Of a stretch of DNA of 64,000 bases, positions 10,609-20,862 are shown piece by piece (position 1 is the stretch's first letter; each line of letters starts with the position of its first letter). The notes below the pieces were generated by a model that did not search any database, had not been told where the DNA came from, and saw only the letters and a list, made by a program, of their open reading frames with translations. Made by a program: the position numbers and the translations under genes. This DNA is from Podarcis pityusensis. Its lineage: Eukaryota. Location: NCBI GenBank assembly GCA_964106645.2, contig CAXKZF020000137.1. One strand, written 5' to 3'.

Positions 10609-10636
10609 GTCGACGACACGAACAAGAGAAGGCGAC

Positions 10637-12238
10637 ATGCTCACACGCTCGACGACCACCCCTGGCCGGGCCGATCACCGCCAGGTCGGCCCGCACATCA
10701 CCTCCTCGCACCTGGACTCGCTTGCAGCGCGCGTCCAGGCAGCCGACCCCGGTGCCCGGGTCGAGGTCACCAACGCGATGACCGGGGCGGTCCTTGGCAG
10801 CGTCCCTCGCTGCTCACCTGCCGACGTCCAGGCCGCGGGTCTGCGCGCCCGGGTCGTCCAGCGGCAGTGGGCCCAGCGCCCGGTTCAGGAGCGGGCAGCG
10901 GTCCTGCTGCGCTTCCACGACCTCGTGCTCGCCCGCCAGGATGAGGTCCTCGACCTCATCCAGCTCGAGAACGGCAAGGCCCGCCGGCACGCCTTCGAAG
11001 AGATCCTCGACGTGACGATGAGCTCGCGCTACTACGCCCACACTGCCGCGGGGTACCTCGAGCCCAAGCGCCGCCGTGGCGCGCAGCCGGTGCTGACCAA
11101 GGTCTGGGAGCTGCACCACCCCAAGGGTCTGGTCGGGGTCATCTCCCCGTGGAACTACCCGCTGACCCTGGGGATCAGCGACGCCCTGCCGGCCCTGGTC
11201 GCCGGCAACGCGGTCCTGACCAAGCCCGACGCCCAGACCCCGTACTCCGCGCTGTGGGCTGTCGACCTCCTCGAGGAGGCGGGGATGCCCGCAGGCCTGG
11301 TCGAGGTCGTCACCGGCTCGGGAGCCGAGCTCGGGTCCTCGATCATCGCCAGCTCGGACTTCTTGATGTTCACCGGCTCGACGACGGTCGGGCGCACCGT
11401 CGCCGCCCAAGCCGGGGAGCAGCTCATCGACTGCTCCATGGAGCTCGGCGGCAAGAACGCCCTGATCGTCCTCGATGACGCCGACATCGACAAGGCCGTC
11501 TCCGGTGCGCTGCGGGCGTGCTTCTCCAACACCGGCCAGCTGTGCATCTCCATCGAACGCATCTATCTGCCCGAGACGATGTGGGAGGAGTTCACCACCA
11601 AGTTCGCCGGCCAAGCCAAGGCGATGTCGCTCTCTGCCGCGATCGACTACACCGGTGACATGGGATCCCTGATCTCCCAGAAACAGCTCGACACCGTCAC
11701 CCGCCACGTCGGCGACGCCACGTCCAAGGGAGCAACCCTCCTGGCCGGCGGGAAGCCCAGACCCGACCTCGGACCGTACTTCTACGAACCCACGATCCTC
11801 ACCGGCGTTGACGACACGATGGAGGTCTACGACCACGAGACCTTCGGCCCGCTGGTCTCGCTCTACCCGGTCCGCGACGAAGAAGACGCCATCGCTCGAG
11901 CCAACGACAGCCAGTACGGGCTCAACTTCAGCGTCTGGACCTCCGACGAAGAGCGAGGCCGGCGGGTGGCGGCCCGACTGCAGGCCGGCACCGTCAACAT
12001 CAACGACGCCTACGCCCCGACCTGGGGGTCGATGGACGCGCCCATGGGCGGCATGAAGGCCTCCGGCATCGGGCGCCGCCACGGCGAGCACGGGATCTTG
12101 AAGTACACCGAGTCCCAGACCATCGCCGTCGAACGCCTCCTGCCCGTCGGCGCGCCCGACGGCATGAACCCCAAGCTCTACGCCCGCATCGCCACCCTCG
12201 GCCTGCGCATCCTCAAGCGCGCACCAGGGATCAAGTAA
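10637..12238 (+). CDS. aldehyde dehydrogenase, succinic semialdehyde dehydrogenase-like
   Basis: ISPWNYP, FTGST, MELGGKN, GQLCISIER, ETFGP. Confidence 0.9.
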   Translation: MLTRSTTTPGRADHRQVGPHITSSHLDSLAARVQAADPGARVEVTNAMTGAVLGSVPRCSPADVQAAGLRARVVQRQWAQRPVQERAAVLLRFHDLVLARQDEVLDLIQLENGKARRHAFEEILDVTMSSRYYAHTAAGYLEPKRRRGAQPVLTKVWELHHPKGLVGVISPWNYPLTLGISDALPALVAGNAVLTKPDAQTPYSALWAVDLLEEAGMPAGLVEVVTGSGAELGSSIIASSDFLMFTGSTTVGRTVAAQAGEQLIDCSMELGGKNALIVLDDADIDKAVSGALRACFSNTGQLCISIERIYLPETMWEEFTTKFAGQAKAMSLSAAIDYTGDMGSLISQKQLDTVTRHVGDATSKGATLLAGGKPRPDLGPYFYEPTILTGVDDTMEVYDHETFGPLVSLYPVRDEEDAIARANDSQYGLNFSVWTSDEERGRRVAARLQAGTVNINDAYAPTWGSMDAPMGGMKASGIGRRHGEHGILKYTESQTIAVERLLPVGAPDGMNPKLYARIATLGLRILKRAPGIK

Positions 12239-12285
12239 CCCACTGGCTGCGCCCCACACCTCCCACCAGGAAGACACACACGACC

Positions 12286-13203
12286 ATGCAGACCGTGCTC
12301 GGAGCCAACGGCCAGATCGCCGAAGAGCTCACCCGGTACCTTCACGACACCACGACCGACGAGATCCGACTCGTCAGCCGCAACCCCACCAAGGTCCACG
12401 ACAGCGACCAGCTCTTCGCCGCTGACCTGACCGACTCCGAGGCAACCTCAGCCGCCGTCGCCGGCAGCGAGATCGCCTACCTCACCGTCGGCCTGCCCAT
12501 CGACTCCAGCGTGTGGGAACGCCAGTTCCCGGTGATGATGGCCAACACGATCGCCGCATGCCACGAACATGACTGCAAGCTCGTGTTCTTCGACAACACC
12601 TACATGTACCCCCGTACCTCCACCCCCCAGGTCGAGGACACCCCCTTCGCGCCGGTCGGTCGCAAGTCCACCGTCCGAGCACAGATCGCCACGATGCTGC
12701 TCGAGCAGATGCAGGCACAGACCATCGAGGCCGTGATCTGCAGGGCCCCGGAGTTCTACGGGCCCGCCAAGACCAAGAGCATCACCAACTCGGCCATCTT
12801 CGACCGCATCAAGCAGGGCAAGCGGCCCATGGTGCCGGTCAACGCCCACGCCTACCGAACCCTGATCTGGACCCCCGACGCCAGCCGCGGCATGGGGCTG
12901 ATCGGCAACACACCCGACGCCTACGGTCAGACCTGGCACCTGCCCTGCGACCCCGAGCGCCTCACCTACGCCGACATGATCGACGTGGCCTCGCAGATCA
13001 CCGGCAAGAAGATCCAGTACTCCACTGTCCCCACGGCAGCCTTCAAGATCGCCGGCCGATTCAACCCATCCGTGCGCGAGACCACTGAGCTCCTGCCCCG
13101 GTACGAGGGAGACAACATCTTCGACTCCACCAAGTTCGCCCAGCGCTTCCCCAACTACACCCCCACCAGCTACCACAACGGGATCCGTCAGATCCTGACC
13201 TAA
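12286..13203 (+). CDS. NAD-dependent epimerase/dehydratase family protein
   Basis: LGANGQIA, FFDNTYMY, RAPEFYGP. Confidence 0.85.
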   Translation: MQTVLGANGQIAEELTRYLHDTTTDEIRLVSRNPTKVHDSDQLFAADLTDSEATSAAVAGSEIAYLTVGLPIDSSVWERQFPVMMANTIAACHEHDCKLVFFDNTYMYPRTSTPQVEDTPFAPVGRKSTVRAQIATMLLEQMQAQTIEAVICRAPEFYGPAKTKSITNSAIFDRIKQGKRPMVPVNAHAYRTLIWTPDASRGMGLIGNTPDAYGQTWHLPCDPERLTYADMIDVASQITGKKIQYSTVPTAAFKIAGRFNPSVRETTELLPRYEGDNIFDSTKFAQRFPNYTPTSYHNGIRQILT

Positions 13204-13261
13204 CGGGGTCATCGGGCGCCGAGCGCCGGAAGCGAGTCAGGCGCTGCATGCGCCGCCGCAT

Positions 13262-13423
13262 GAAACATGCCTCCCGCTAAGGGTGAGGTCTGCCACCGCA
13301 TTACCAACCGCTCGCCATTTCAGCAGTCCCGATCGACTTCGCCGCCTTCACGTTTCCTTCCCTGCCCGGCTTTGGCCTGCAAGGGTGCCGGGGTGGTCAT
13401 CTACCGGACCGCAAACTTGACCG
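13262..13423. repeat. 162-bp direct repeat, copy 1 (copy 2 at 48397-48558)
   Basis: gaaacatgcctccc...gcaaactt(g/a)accg; two substitutions seen; cut by the IS at 13424. Confidence 0.9.
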
Positions 13424-14732
13424 GGGACTGCTGAAGGTCTGGTTGTCACTTCCGGTTGGTGTTTCAGGCCGCGTGAGCGGCACGGTTGATGGTCTCAAAC
13501 TCGATCGGGGTGAGCTTGCCGAGGGCTCGTTGCCGGCGGCGGCGGTGGTAGGTCCGCTCGATCCAGATGACGATCGCCAAGCGGAGCTGGTCGCGCGTCT
13601 CCCAGCGTCGGCTGTTGAGCACGTTCTTCTGCAGCAGGGCGAAGAACGACTCCATGGCGGCGTTGTCCGCCGAGGAGGCGACCCGACCCATCGAACCCCG
13701 CAGGCCGTGCCGGTGCAGCGCGGCTACGTAGGGCCGGGAGCGGAACTGGCTGCCCCGATCCGCATGGACCACGCACCCGGCGACGACGTCGCGGCCGCGG
13801 CGGGCGATGGCCATCTCGAGGGCGTCGACTGCGAGGTGGCTAGTCATCGTCGAGTCGATCGAGTAGCCGACGATCCGGCGGGACCAGAGGTCCTTGACCG
13901 CGCACAGGTACAGCTTCCCCTGCGCGGTGGGGTGCTCGGTGGGGGCACCTCCCTGCACGAAGTGCTTGGGGGAATGTCGGTCAGCCACACCATGTTCGGG
14001 GCGGGTGCGGTGAAGTCCCGCTCCACGAGGTCGTCGTGCACCGGCGGGCCCGGCTTCATGGACCGACCCCGCTTCCTCGCGTGGGCGGAGACGATCCCGG
14101 CTTGCGAGCACACCTTCCACACCCGCCGCTCGGACACCTCGTGGCCGGCTTCGGCCAGCTCATCGGCGATGAAGCGGTACCCGAACCCCGGGTCGTCGCG
14201 GTGCACCTCGTGGGCGGCGTTGGTCGCGTACGCGTCGACCAGGTCCCGCTCGCTGACGGGGTGCGTACGCCAGGAGTAGAACGCCTGCCGGGAGAACCCC
14301 AGCAGCCCGCAGGTCACCGCGACGGGGATCCCGTCGGCGGCAAGGTCCAGGACCAGCGGGTAGGTCATTTTGGGGACTGGCCCAGCCTCAGGTTCGCCTG
14401 CGAGAGATACGCCGCGGCGCGGCGCAGGACCTCGTTTTCCTGCTCCAGCGCACGGTTGCGTCGTTTGAGCTCCTTCAGCTCCTCCGAGTCGGCCTTGGTC
14501 GTGCCGGGACGGATCCCGTCCTCGACATCAGCGGTCTTGAGCCAGTTCCTCAGGCACGACTCGGAGATCCCGAAGTCCTTGGCCAGCTGCGCGATCGGAA
14601 CTTCGCCCTTGCGGGCGAGCGCGACCACATCGTCACGGAATTCCTTGGGGTGGGGTGCAGGCATGTCGACATCCTTCCAGCGGGACCTCCCGGCCCCACA
14701 GAACTGGTGTCAACCGAACCTTCAGCAGTCCC
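13424..14732 (-). mobile_element. IS3-family element (orfA 14365-14664, orfB 13464-14368 disrupted)
   Basis: Terminal IRs gggactgctgaagg; orfA HTH; orfB DDE motifs WLTDI, HADRGSQF, DNAAMESFF. Confidence 0.92.
13941..13972. repeat. 32-bp REP-like hairpin insertion in IS orfB
   Basis: ccccc-aagcacttcgtgcagggaggtg-ccccc splits the conserved WLTDI/TEHPT motif and shifts the frame. Confidence 0.7.
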
Positions 14733-14748
14733 CTGCTACGTTCCGGTT

Positions 14749-15360
14749 GTGAAGTCACGATGGAAGTTCAGAGGGGTCCTAGTCTCAGCAGTGTTGTCCG
14801 CAGCCGCAGGGGTGGCCGCAGCTCCGACCGTGTCGGCAAATTTCAACGAGCAGGGGTGTGAGTACGGGGATCTCAAGCCGTGCCCCGCGAACAGCAGGCA
14901 TCACATCTTCTTCTACGGCGACAGCATGTCGAGCTCGGCGATCTTTTGGACCAACCAGACGCGCAGCGACAGTTACAACCAGGTGCCGGGTTGGTCCACG
15001 GCCACAACGGAGTTCCACGGCAGCTCCGACGTTCATATGATGCTCAGCCGCAACGGCGAGAACATGCCTCCGCGAGTGACTGGGTCCTACAACTGTTCCG
15101 AGATCGGATCGGGCCGCGTATGCGATCACGGGCATGTGCGAATCAGGGCCGATGATTTCGAGCAGCTCGCTGGGTCGCAGCGGCAGTCGATCCTCTGCCA
15201 CGAGATCGGCCACTCCGTGGGCCTGTCTCACCCTTCCGATGATGGTCAGGTCGATGACCCCAACGTCTTCCACTGCATGACCAACCGTTCCGATGTCTCC
15301 CCCGCGTTCCTGGGGTCTCACAACACCGGTCACATGCAGGACGAGAGCTACTACAACTAA
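14749..15360 (+). CDS. secreted zinc metalloprotease (metzincin/matrixin-like)
   Basis: Signal peptide, HEIGHSVGLSH zinc motif, Met-turn HCMT. Confidence 0.85.
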   Translation: MKSRWKFRGVLVSAVLSAAAGVAAAPTVSANFNEQGCEYGDLKPCPANSRHHIFFYGDSMSSSAIFWTNQTRSDSYNQVPGWSTATTEFHGSSDVHMMLSRNGENMPPRVTGSYNCSEIGSGRVCDHGHVRIRADDFEQLAGSQRQSILCHEIGHSVGLSHPSDDGQVDDPNVFHCMTNRSDVSPAFLGSHNTGHMQDESYYN

Positions 15361-15374
15361 AGGAAGTGCCCATC

Positions 15375-16016
15375 ATGAACAAGGCAGCACACCTTGTAAT
15401 CCCGTCCCTCCTAGCCGTGACGATGCTTGGTGGGTGCTCCTCCATCGAATCAGACGCGACGAGCGCGCCGTCGACGGTGTCTCAGCTTGGTGATGGCACC
15501 GACCCGGGTGTTCGCAGCTATTACGGGAAGGTCAGCGAGACGGTCTCGACCGTCGAGGAGGCCGGCGAGCACGTCACTGTCCTCGGCACGGTCCAAAGCG
15601 AGTCACACGGCACTCCAGGCGGTGAGATCGACTCCTTCACGACCATCCGCTCCATCACCGTATCTGTCGATGAGGTGCTCAACGGATCCCTCGCTGACAA
15701 GACGGTGACCGTGGAGAACGGGATGTACGAGTGGCGTGATGCCGGCGACACCAACGTCGCGAACGCCCTGAAGTACACCGAACCCGGTCAGCCGTGGCTC
15801 AAGCCCGGAGAGTCCGCGGTGCTGGTGCTGAAGAAGGTCGCGGCAGACAGCGGCATCGAGATCGTCGACTACCACAGCTTCGGCGAGGCGGGAACCTTCC
15901 GCGTGACAAACGGCAAACTCGTCGCAACTCCGCGCACCCAAGAGCTAATGTCCGCGCCCGGCCTACCCCACGAGCTCGTCGGCGACACCCCGGAGCAGGT
16001 CGAGCAGAAGCTGTAA
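15375..16016 (+). CDS. lipoprotein with predicted OB/TIMP-like fold, paralog of 41698-42330
   Basis: Lipobox LGGC; TVLGTV, VSVDEVLNG, LKPGESAVLVL pattern. Confidence 0.7.
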   Translation: MNKAAHLVIPSLLAVTMLGGCSSIESDATSAPSTVSQLGDGTDPGVRSYYGKVSETVSTVEEAGEHVTVLGTVQSESHGTPGGEIDSFTTIRSITVSVDEVLNGSLADKTVTVENGMYEWRDAGDTNVANALKYTEPGQPWLKPGESAVLVLKKVAADSGIEIVDYHSFGEAGTFRVTNGKLVATPRTQELMSAPGLPHELVGDTPEQVEQKL

Positions 16017-16056
16017 CCGCCCTCCTTGGGTAAAGTGCGCGGTCACCCACCTCTGT

Positions 16057-16512
16057 GTGTGGCCGTGCACGGGTGCAAGGTACCTAGGTCGTTGGACCCA
16101 GGCAGAACCTTCTTCCCGCTGCACACCACGCAACCCGTCGATGGTCTGCGCATCCGGTCTTCGACGCTCGCGGTCCAGACGTGCCCTAGATGGCACCGCC
16201 ACACGACCCTCCAAATTCAATCCAAACCCCTACCCGCCGTTCACCACCATGCCAGTCAGTGCAGGCGACGGGACGTGTCCCGCACAAAACAGGGACTCCG
16301 TCTCCGTCATTGGATTCGCACCCATCGAAAGCCGCAGCACACTTCTCGCCTTCACCTGCCAGTGGTACACCACCGATGGCAGGTACACCATCGCCGCGGA
16401 CGTACGGATGGACTCCACCGACCAATCCTGGTCTCTTTCCCCGCCCTACTGCCCCGGCGGGGCCTACGACCTCTGGTCAGTTCTCACCCACGAGCTAGGT
16501 GTACTCGGCTGA
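16057..16512 (+). pseudogene. matrixin-like metalloprotease remnant
   Basis: LAFTCQWY..ADVRMD..YDLWSVLTHELG then VLG-stop; zinc motif broken. Confidence 0.6.
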
Positions 16513-16899
16513 CACGTTCATGACAGTCGGCTGATCGGGGGCAGGCCTCCGATGGCTGAGTGGCGTCGGCCAGTGTTGTAGTACTCCAGCCACGGCGCCA
16601 GCGCCGCGGCCCGGTCGGTGTTGGTGAGGAAGACCTGTCGGTATGCCCGGCGGGGCCGATAGGTGGGTGAACCCTAGGTCGGTCCCGGCCTGGCTCGGTC
16701 GGCCCGATGCCAGACGATCAGCCTGGCAACTCTCCTCGGGCTCGCTTGGGGGCAAGACGGTCCGTGGCTGGGTTGCCTGACGGCCTGCCCCTCCCCCTTC
16801 GGTCGGTGGCTATGGCCTCGAAGGGGTCGATCCCGCGCTGCCCTCGGTCTCCTCCCCTGCCTGCTGGGCTAGAAAGGCTGCCCACGTAGATCGGAGCCC

Positions 16900-17529
16900 A
16901 TGCCGAAGCCGATCTCTCGACGCGCCGCGCTCTCGCTGCTGCTCGCCTCGACTGCCGCAACCTCGGGATGCGCCACCTTTGGACCCGACGAGAACTCTGT
17001 CGAGGGCCAAGCCAAGAAGGCCGCCGGTAACCGGCAGGGCTACATCTCCGGCGACGGCTCCGTTCGGCAGATCCCATCATCCGAACGGGACAAGCCAGTC
17101 ACGTTGACCGGCAAGACGCTAGAGGGCAAGACCTGGTCCGTGGGAGATCACGGCGGGTCAGTGGTCATCGTCAACCTGTGGGTGTCCTGGTGCGGGCCAT
17201 GTCACGAAGAAGCCCCAGACCTTGTCCGCGCCCACAAGGCGCTGTCGACCGGCGAGGACCCCGTGAAGTTCATCGGCATCGACTACCGCGAGAGTTCCAT
17301 CAGCACCGGCCGCTCGCAAGCCTCAGCGTGGGGACTGCCCTACGACTCGATCTTCGACGACGGCGGCATCACCGCCATCCAGATGAACGGAGTGCTGGCC
17401 ACACAGCCCTCCACCGCAGTCCTCGACCGATCCGGCCGAGTCGCAGCTGTAGCACTAGGCAAGATCGACTACGCCACTCTGCGCGACCTCACCAAAGACG
17501 TCCTGGCAGAGAAAACCCCCGCTGCGTGA
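16900..17529 (+). CDS. TlpA/ResA family thiol-disulfide oxidoreductase lipoprotein
   Basis: SRR twin-arginine signal with lipobox TSGC; NLWVSWCGPCHEEAP. Confidence 0.9.
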   Translation: MPKPISRRAALSLLLASTAATSGCATFGPDENSVEGQAKKAAGNRQGYISGDGSVRQIPSSERDKPVTLTGKTLEGKTWSVGDHGGSVVIVNLWVSWCGPCHEEAPDLVRAHKALSTGEDPVKFIGIDYRESSISTGRSQASAWGLPYDSIFDDGGITAIQMNGVLATQPSTAVLDRSGRVAAVALGKIDYATLRDLTKDVLAEKTPAA

Positions 17530-17579
17530 GCCCAGATCAACCCTGCCCCTGAACCCACGCAGCGAGGACTCAACGAGAG

Positions 17580-17915
17580 TCAGCCAACCTGGTAGTCAAC
17601 CTTGTACGGCTGGGTGTCCTCGCGACAGGTATAGGTCGACCAGCCACCCTGCACATAGGTCCACGCGCCGTACTGCCAGTCCTGGCCAGCCCAGCAACGC
17701 ACCATCACCCGCACGCGCGACCCGTTGTTGGGCACGGCACACTTCGCGTATCCCCGGTTCGGGGTACTGGATGTACCTGACACCCCCACCGTCACCGTGC
17801 AACCCGACGCCGCAGCCACCTGCGACGGAGCCGACTGCGACGCACCAGCAGGCGCAGCCCCCAGCAGACCCGAAGCCGCTGCACCAGCCGCGGCAATCTT
17901 CACCATCTTCATCAT
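17580..17915 (-). CDS. small secreted 4-Cys protein
   Basis: Ala-rich signal peptide; C..AKC..VRC..YGAW..STYTC. Confidence 0.65.
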   Translation of the reverse strand: MMKMVKIAAAGAAASGLLGAAPAGASQSAPSQVAAASGCTVTVGVSGTSSTPNRGYAKCAVPNNGSRVRVMVRCWAGQDWQYGAWTYVQGGWSTYTCREDTQPYKVDYQVG

Positions 17916-17919
17916 GAAC

Positions 17920-19302
17920 TGAATCGCCCCGGGTCTGATGGAGGCTCTCAATCCTGGGAAGGATGATGAGAGTCATGGCAGCACCGAGGAAGTACAGCGT
18001 CGAGCTCCAGGCGAGGGCCACGCGGATGGCGTTGGATGCCCGGAAGGACCCAGAGTCGGCGCGGGGGGCGATCAAGCGGGTCGCTGACCAGCTGGGGGTG
18101 CATCCCGAAGCGTTGCGGACCTGGGTGCGTCAGGCTGAGATCGACGGTGGCACCCGGGCGGGTACCACGACCGACGACGCGACCAGGCTGGCGCAGCTTG
18201 AGCGCGAGAACCGCGAACTGCGTCGGGCCAACGAGATCCTCAAGACGAGCGCGGCTTTTTTCGCGGCCGCGGAGCTCGACCGCAAGCTGAAGTAGAGGTG
18301 CCCACCGCGGTGCTGGTCGACTACATCGACCAGCACCGCGACCGGTTCGGGGTCGAGCCGATCTGCACCGTCCTGAAGGACGCCGGCGTGCAGATTGCCC
18401 CGAGCACCTACTACGCCGCCAGGAACCGTGCGCCCTCGGCACGCGCCGTCCGTGACGCCGAGCTCATCGTCGACATCCGCAACGCTCACAAGGCGAACCT
18501 GGGTGTCTACGGCGTCCGCAAAATCCACGCCGAGCTCAATCGATCTGACCTCAAGGTGGCCCGCTGCACCGTCGAGCGGCTGATGCGGGCCGAAGGCCTG
18601 CGCGGGATCCCGCGGGCCAAGACCCGCAGGACCACCATCGGTGACGGCGCGCAGAGCCAGCGGCCGGAGGATCGGGTGAACCGGAAGTTCGTCGCGACCG
18701 CGCCGAATCAGCTGTGGGTGGCTGACCTGACCTACGTCCGCACGCACGCCGGCTGGACCTACGTCGCGTTCGTCCTCGACGTCTTCAGCCGGATGATCGT
18801 CGGCTGGCAGGTATCGACCTCGCTGCGCACCGACCTCGCACTGGACGCCCTCGACATGGGGCTGTGGGCACGCCAGCGCGCCGGCCAGGACGTCACCGGC
18901 TTGATCCACCACTCGGATCGAGGCGTGCAGTATCGAGCGATTCGCTACACCGAGCGCCTCGCCGAAGCCGAGGCCGTCGCATCCGTTGGTAGCAAAGGAG
19001 ATTCGTACGACAACGCCATGGCCGAGGCGCTGAACTCGCTGTTCACGGCCGAGTGCATCCGCAACCCCGTCATGCGGCCCACGGGCGGCTGGAAGAGCGT
19101 CGGCGACGTCGAGATCGCCGTCGCCGAGTACGTCGACTGGTTCAACCATCGACGACTCCACGGCGAGATCGGACTCGCCCCGCCAGCCGAGTTCGAGGCC
19201 AACCACTGGGCATCACAGCCCGCCGAGCACTACCGTCAGAACCCGGTCCTCACCGAGGTCGGATCCAACTAACCGAGCCTCCATCAGACCCGGGGCGATT
19301 CA
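17920..19302 (+). mobile_element. IS3-family element, IS6110-like (orfA 17975-18295, orfB 18298-19272)
   Basis: IRs tgaatcgccccgggtctgatggaggctc; WVADLTY, HSDRGVQY, DNAMAE; no target duplication visible. Confidence 0.95.
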
Positions 19303-19949
19303 ACGCGGTGCGAAGCCTGGATCCCGAAACTGCCAGGAGGGCCGTCGCGGCCGCGACCCAGACACTCGGGGTCGAGGCAGCAATGGTCGCCGTCTACCTG
19401 CCCTACCTCCGTCTCCTGGGACAGCAGTGGCAGGACGGGACCGTCACCGTCGCTCACGAGCACTTCATCAGCCACATCATCCGCAAGCACATCGGGAGCC
19501 TGGCGCAGGACCTCCACCCGGGGGGCCGCCGCACAGCCGTCATGGCCTGCCCCCCCGGGCGAACGCCACGACATCGCCCTGCTGATGATCTCTACGCTCC
19601 TCACGCGACGGGGATGGACGGTGCGATAGCTCGGGGCAGACACCCCTCTGGAGCGGTCGCCTCCGCGGCGGTGCGCGCCCGTGCCGACCTCGTCGTCCTC
19701 GGTGCCACCCGACCCGAGGCGCTTGCTGCCGCTGCGGACACGGCGGCCCGGCTCGTCGAGGTGACCCAGGTAGCCATCGGCGGCCCCGGCGCCTCACAGG
19801 CCATCGCAGATAAGATCGGAGCAACGCTCCTTGTAGCCAACCCCGTTCACTCAGCCCTACGCCTCGACGAGCTCATCCCCAAATCCGCAGACCGCTTCAA
19901 AGCACGACGCCAACCCCACGACCGGTCACTCATCAGCACAAGAATATAA
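19303..19949 (+). pseudogene. cobalamin-binding regulator (CarH/LitR-like) C-terminal remnant
   Basis: GQQWQDGTVTVAHEHF, ACPPGERHD; 5' end removed by IS, internal frameshift and stop. Confidence 0.7.
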
Positions 19950-20330
19950 GACCCGCCGGCGCTGCGTCCTGAGTGCGTGGTCTCAGCGGCCCATCGACCC
20001 GATCAGTTCGTGAGTTTCCAGGAGGCGTTGGGTCTTCTTCGCCCGGAACTGCCCGCCCCGATCCGAGTGAGCGATCGTCTGCTCGGGTGAGCGCAGCGCG
20101 ATCGCGTTTCGCATCGCCGAGACTGCCAAGGATGCCTTCATCCGAGAGTCGATGGAGTAGCCCACGATCTTGTTGGAGTAGACGTCCTGATCGCGAAGAT
20201 GTAGAGCTGTGCGACCTCGACCGATAGCAGGTCGCGTCCGGGCGCGAGGTGCTGCTGCGTCGCGATATCTCCTGACTGTCCGCCGAGGCGCGAGCTGGGA
20301 AGGCTTTCATCGCCGCACCTGCGGGCCATC
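19950..20330 (-). pseudogene. degenerate IS3 transposase fragment
   Basis: VGYSIDSRMKASL..HSDRGGQF..GSMGR. Confidence 0.75.
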
Positions 20331-20603
20331 AATTGACCAACCCACCAGATGTGGAGTGCCCGTCCCGTGCGTCTAAGCGACTCTAAGATAATGCCGATAA
20401 TCTATCTTATTCAGGTAGAGCTCTCCCCGACTCAGGAACCTCACGGTTCGACGCCCTCTTGCGAGCACTTCAGTGCACGCGACCGCACCTGCCGGCGAGT
20501 GCCTAGGGCTTCGAGCTCCGACATACCTTCCCATCGATATCGAGCCGACTGACCAGCCGACGAAGAGCGCTGCGCACATCCCCCCACGGAGCCGCGATAT
20601 TCG

Positions 20604-20622
20604 TCTAGTCTAATTGACTAGA
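20604..20622. promoter_or_regulatory. palindromic operator upstream of hicAB
   Basis: tctagtc-taatt-gactaga overlapping a ttgact hexamer. Confidence 0.6.
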
Positions 20623-20649
20623 TAAAGTCTACCAAGATTGACTACACTC

Positions 20650-20862
20650 ATGGTCTCCGAGCAACCCACTCGAAAAGTGCTCCGCCGACTACACGACGCT
20701 GGATGGTCGGTGGCGAGGACCCGCGGGTCACACAGCGTCTGGAAGTGCCCCTCCGGGCGTCACAGCGAGACGCTCCCGGACGGGCACAAGACCATCTCCC
20801 CGGGCGTGTATCGGAAGCTCACGAACAAGCTCGACGCCTGCACCTGCACCAAGGAGGACTGA
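20650..20862 (+). CDS. hicA: HicA family mRNA interferase toxin
   Basis: LHDAGW..RTRGSHSVW..PDGHKTISPG. Confidence 0.88.
   Translation: MVSEQPTRKVLRRLHDAGWSVARTRGSHSVWKCPSGRHSETLPDGHKTISPGVYRKLTNKLDACTCTKED

Noticed and set aside
10814-12277. Long antisense and alternate-frame ORFs (also 961-1947, 9664-10659, 61339-62460 and others)
   Set aside because: Shadow ORFs from GC3 bias overlapping well-supported genes
13319-13330. ttcagcagtccc inside the 162-bp repeat matching the IS end, suggesting a MITE
   Set aside because: Only 12 bp, no partner end, and the repeat is explained as RidA 3' end plus intergenic DNA
13424-19302. Composite transposon formed by flanking IS elements
   Set aside because: The two IS elements are different and no shared target duplication is visible
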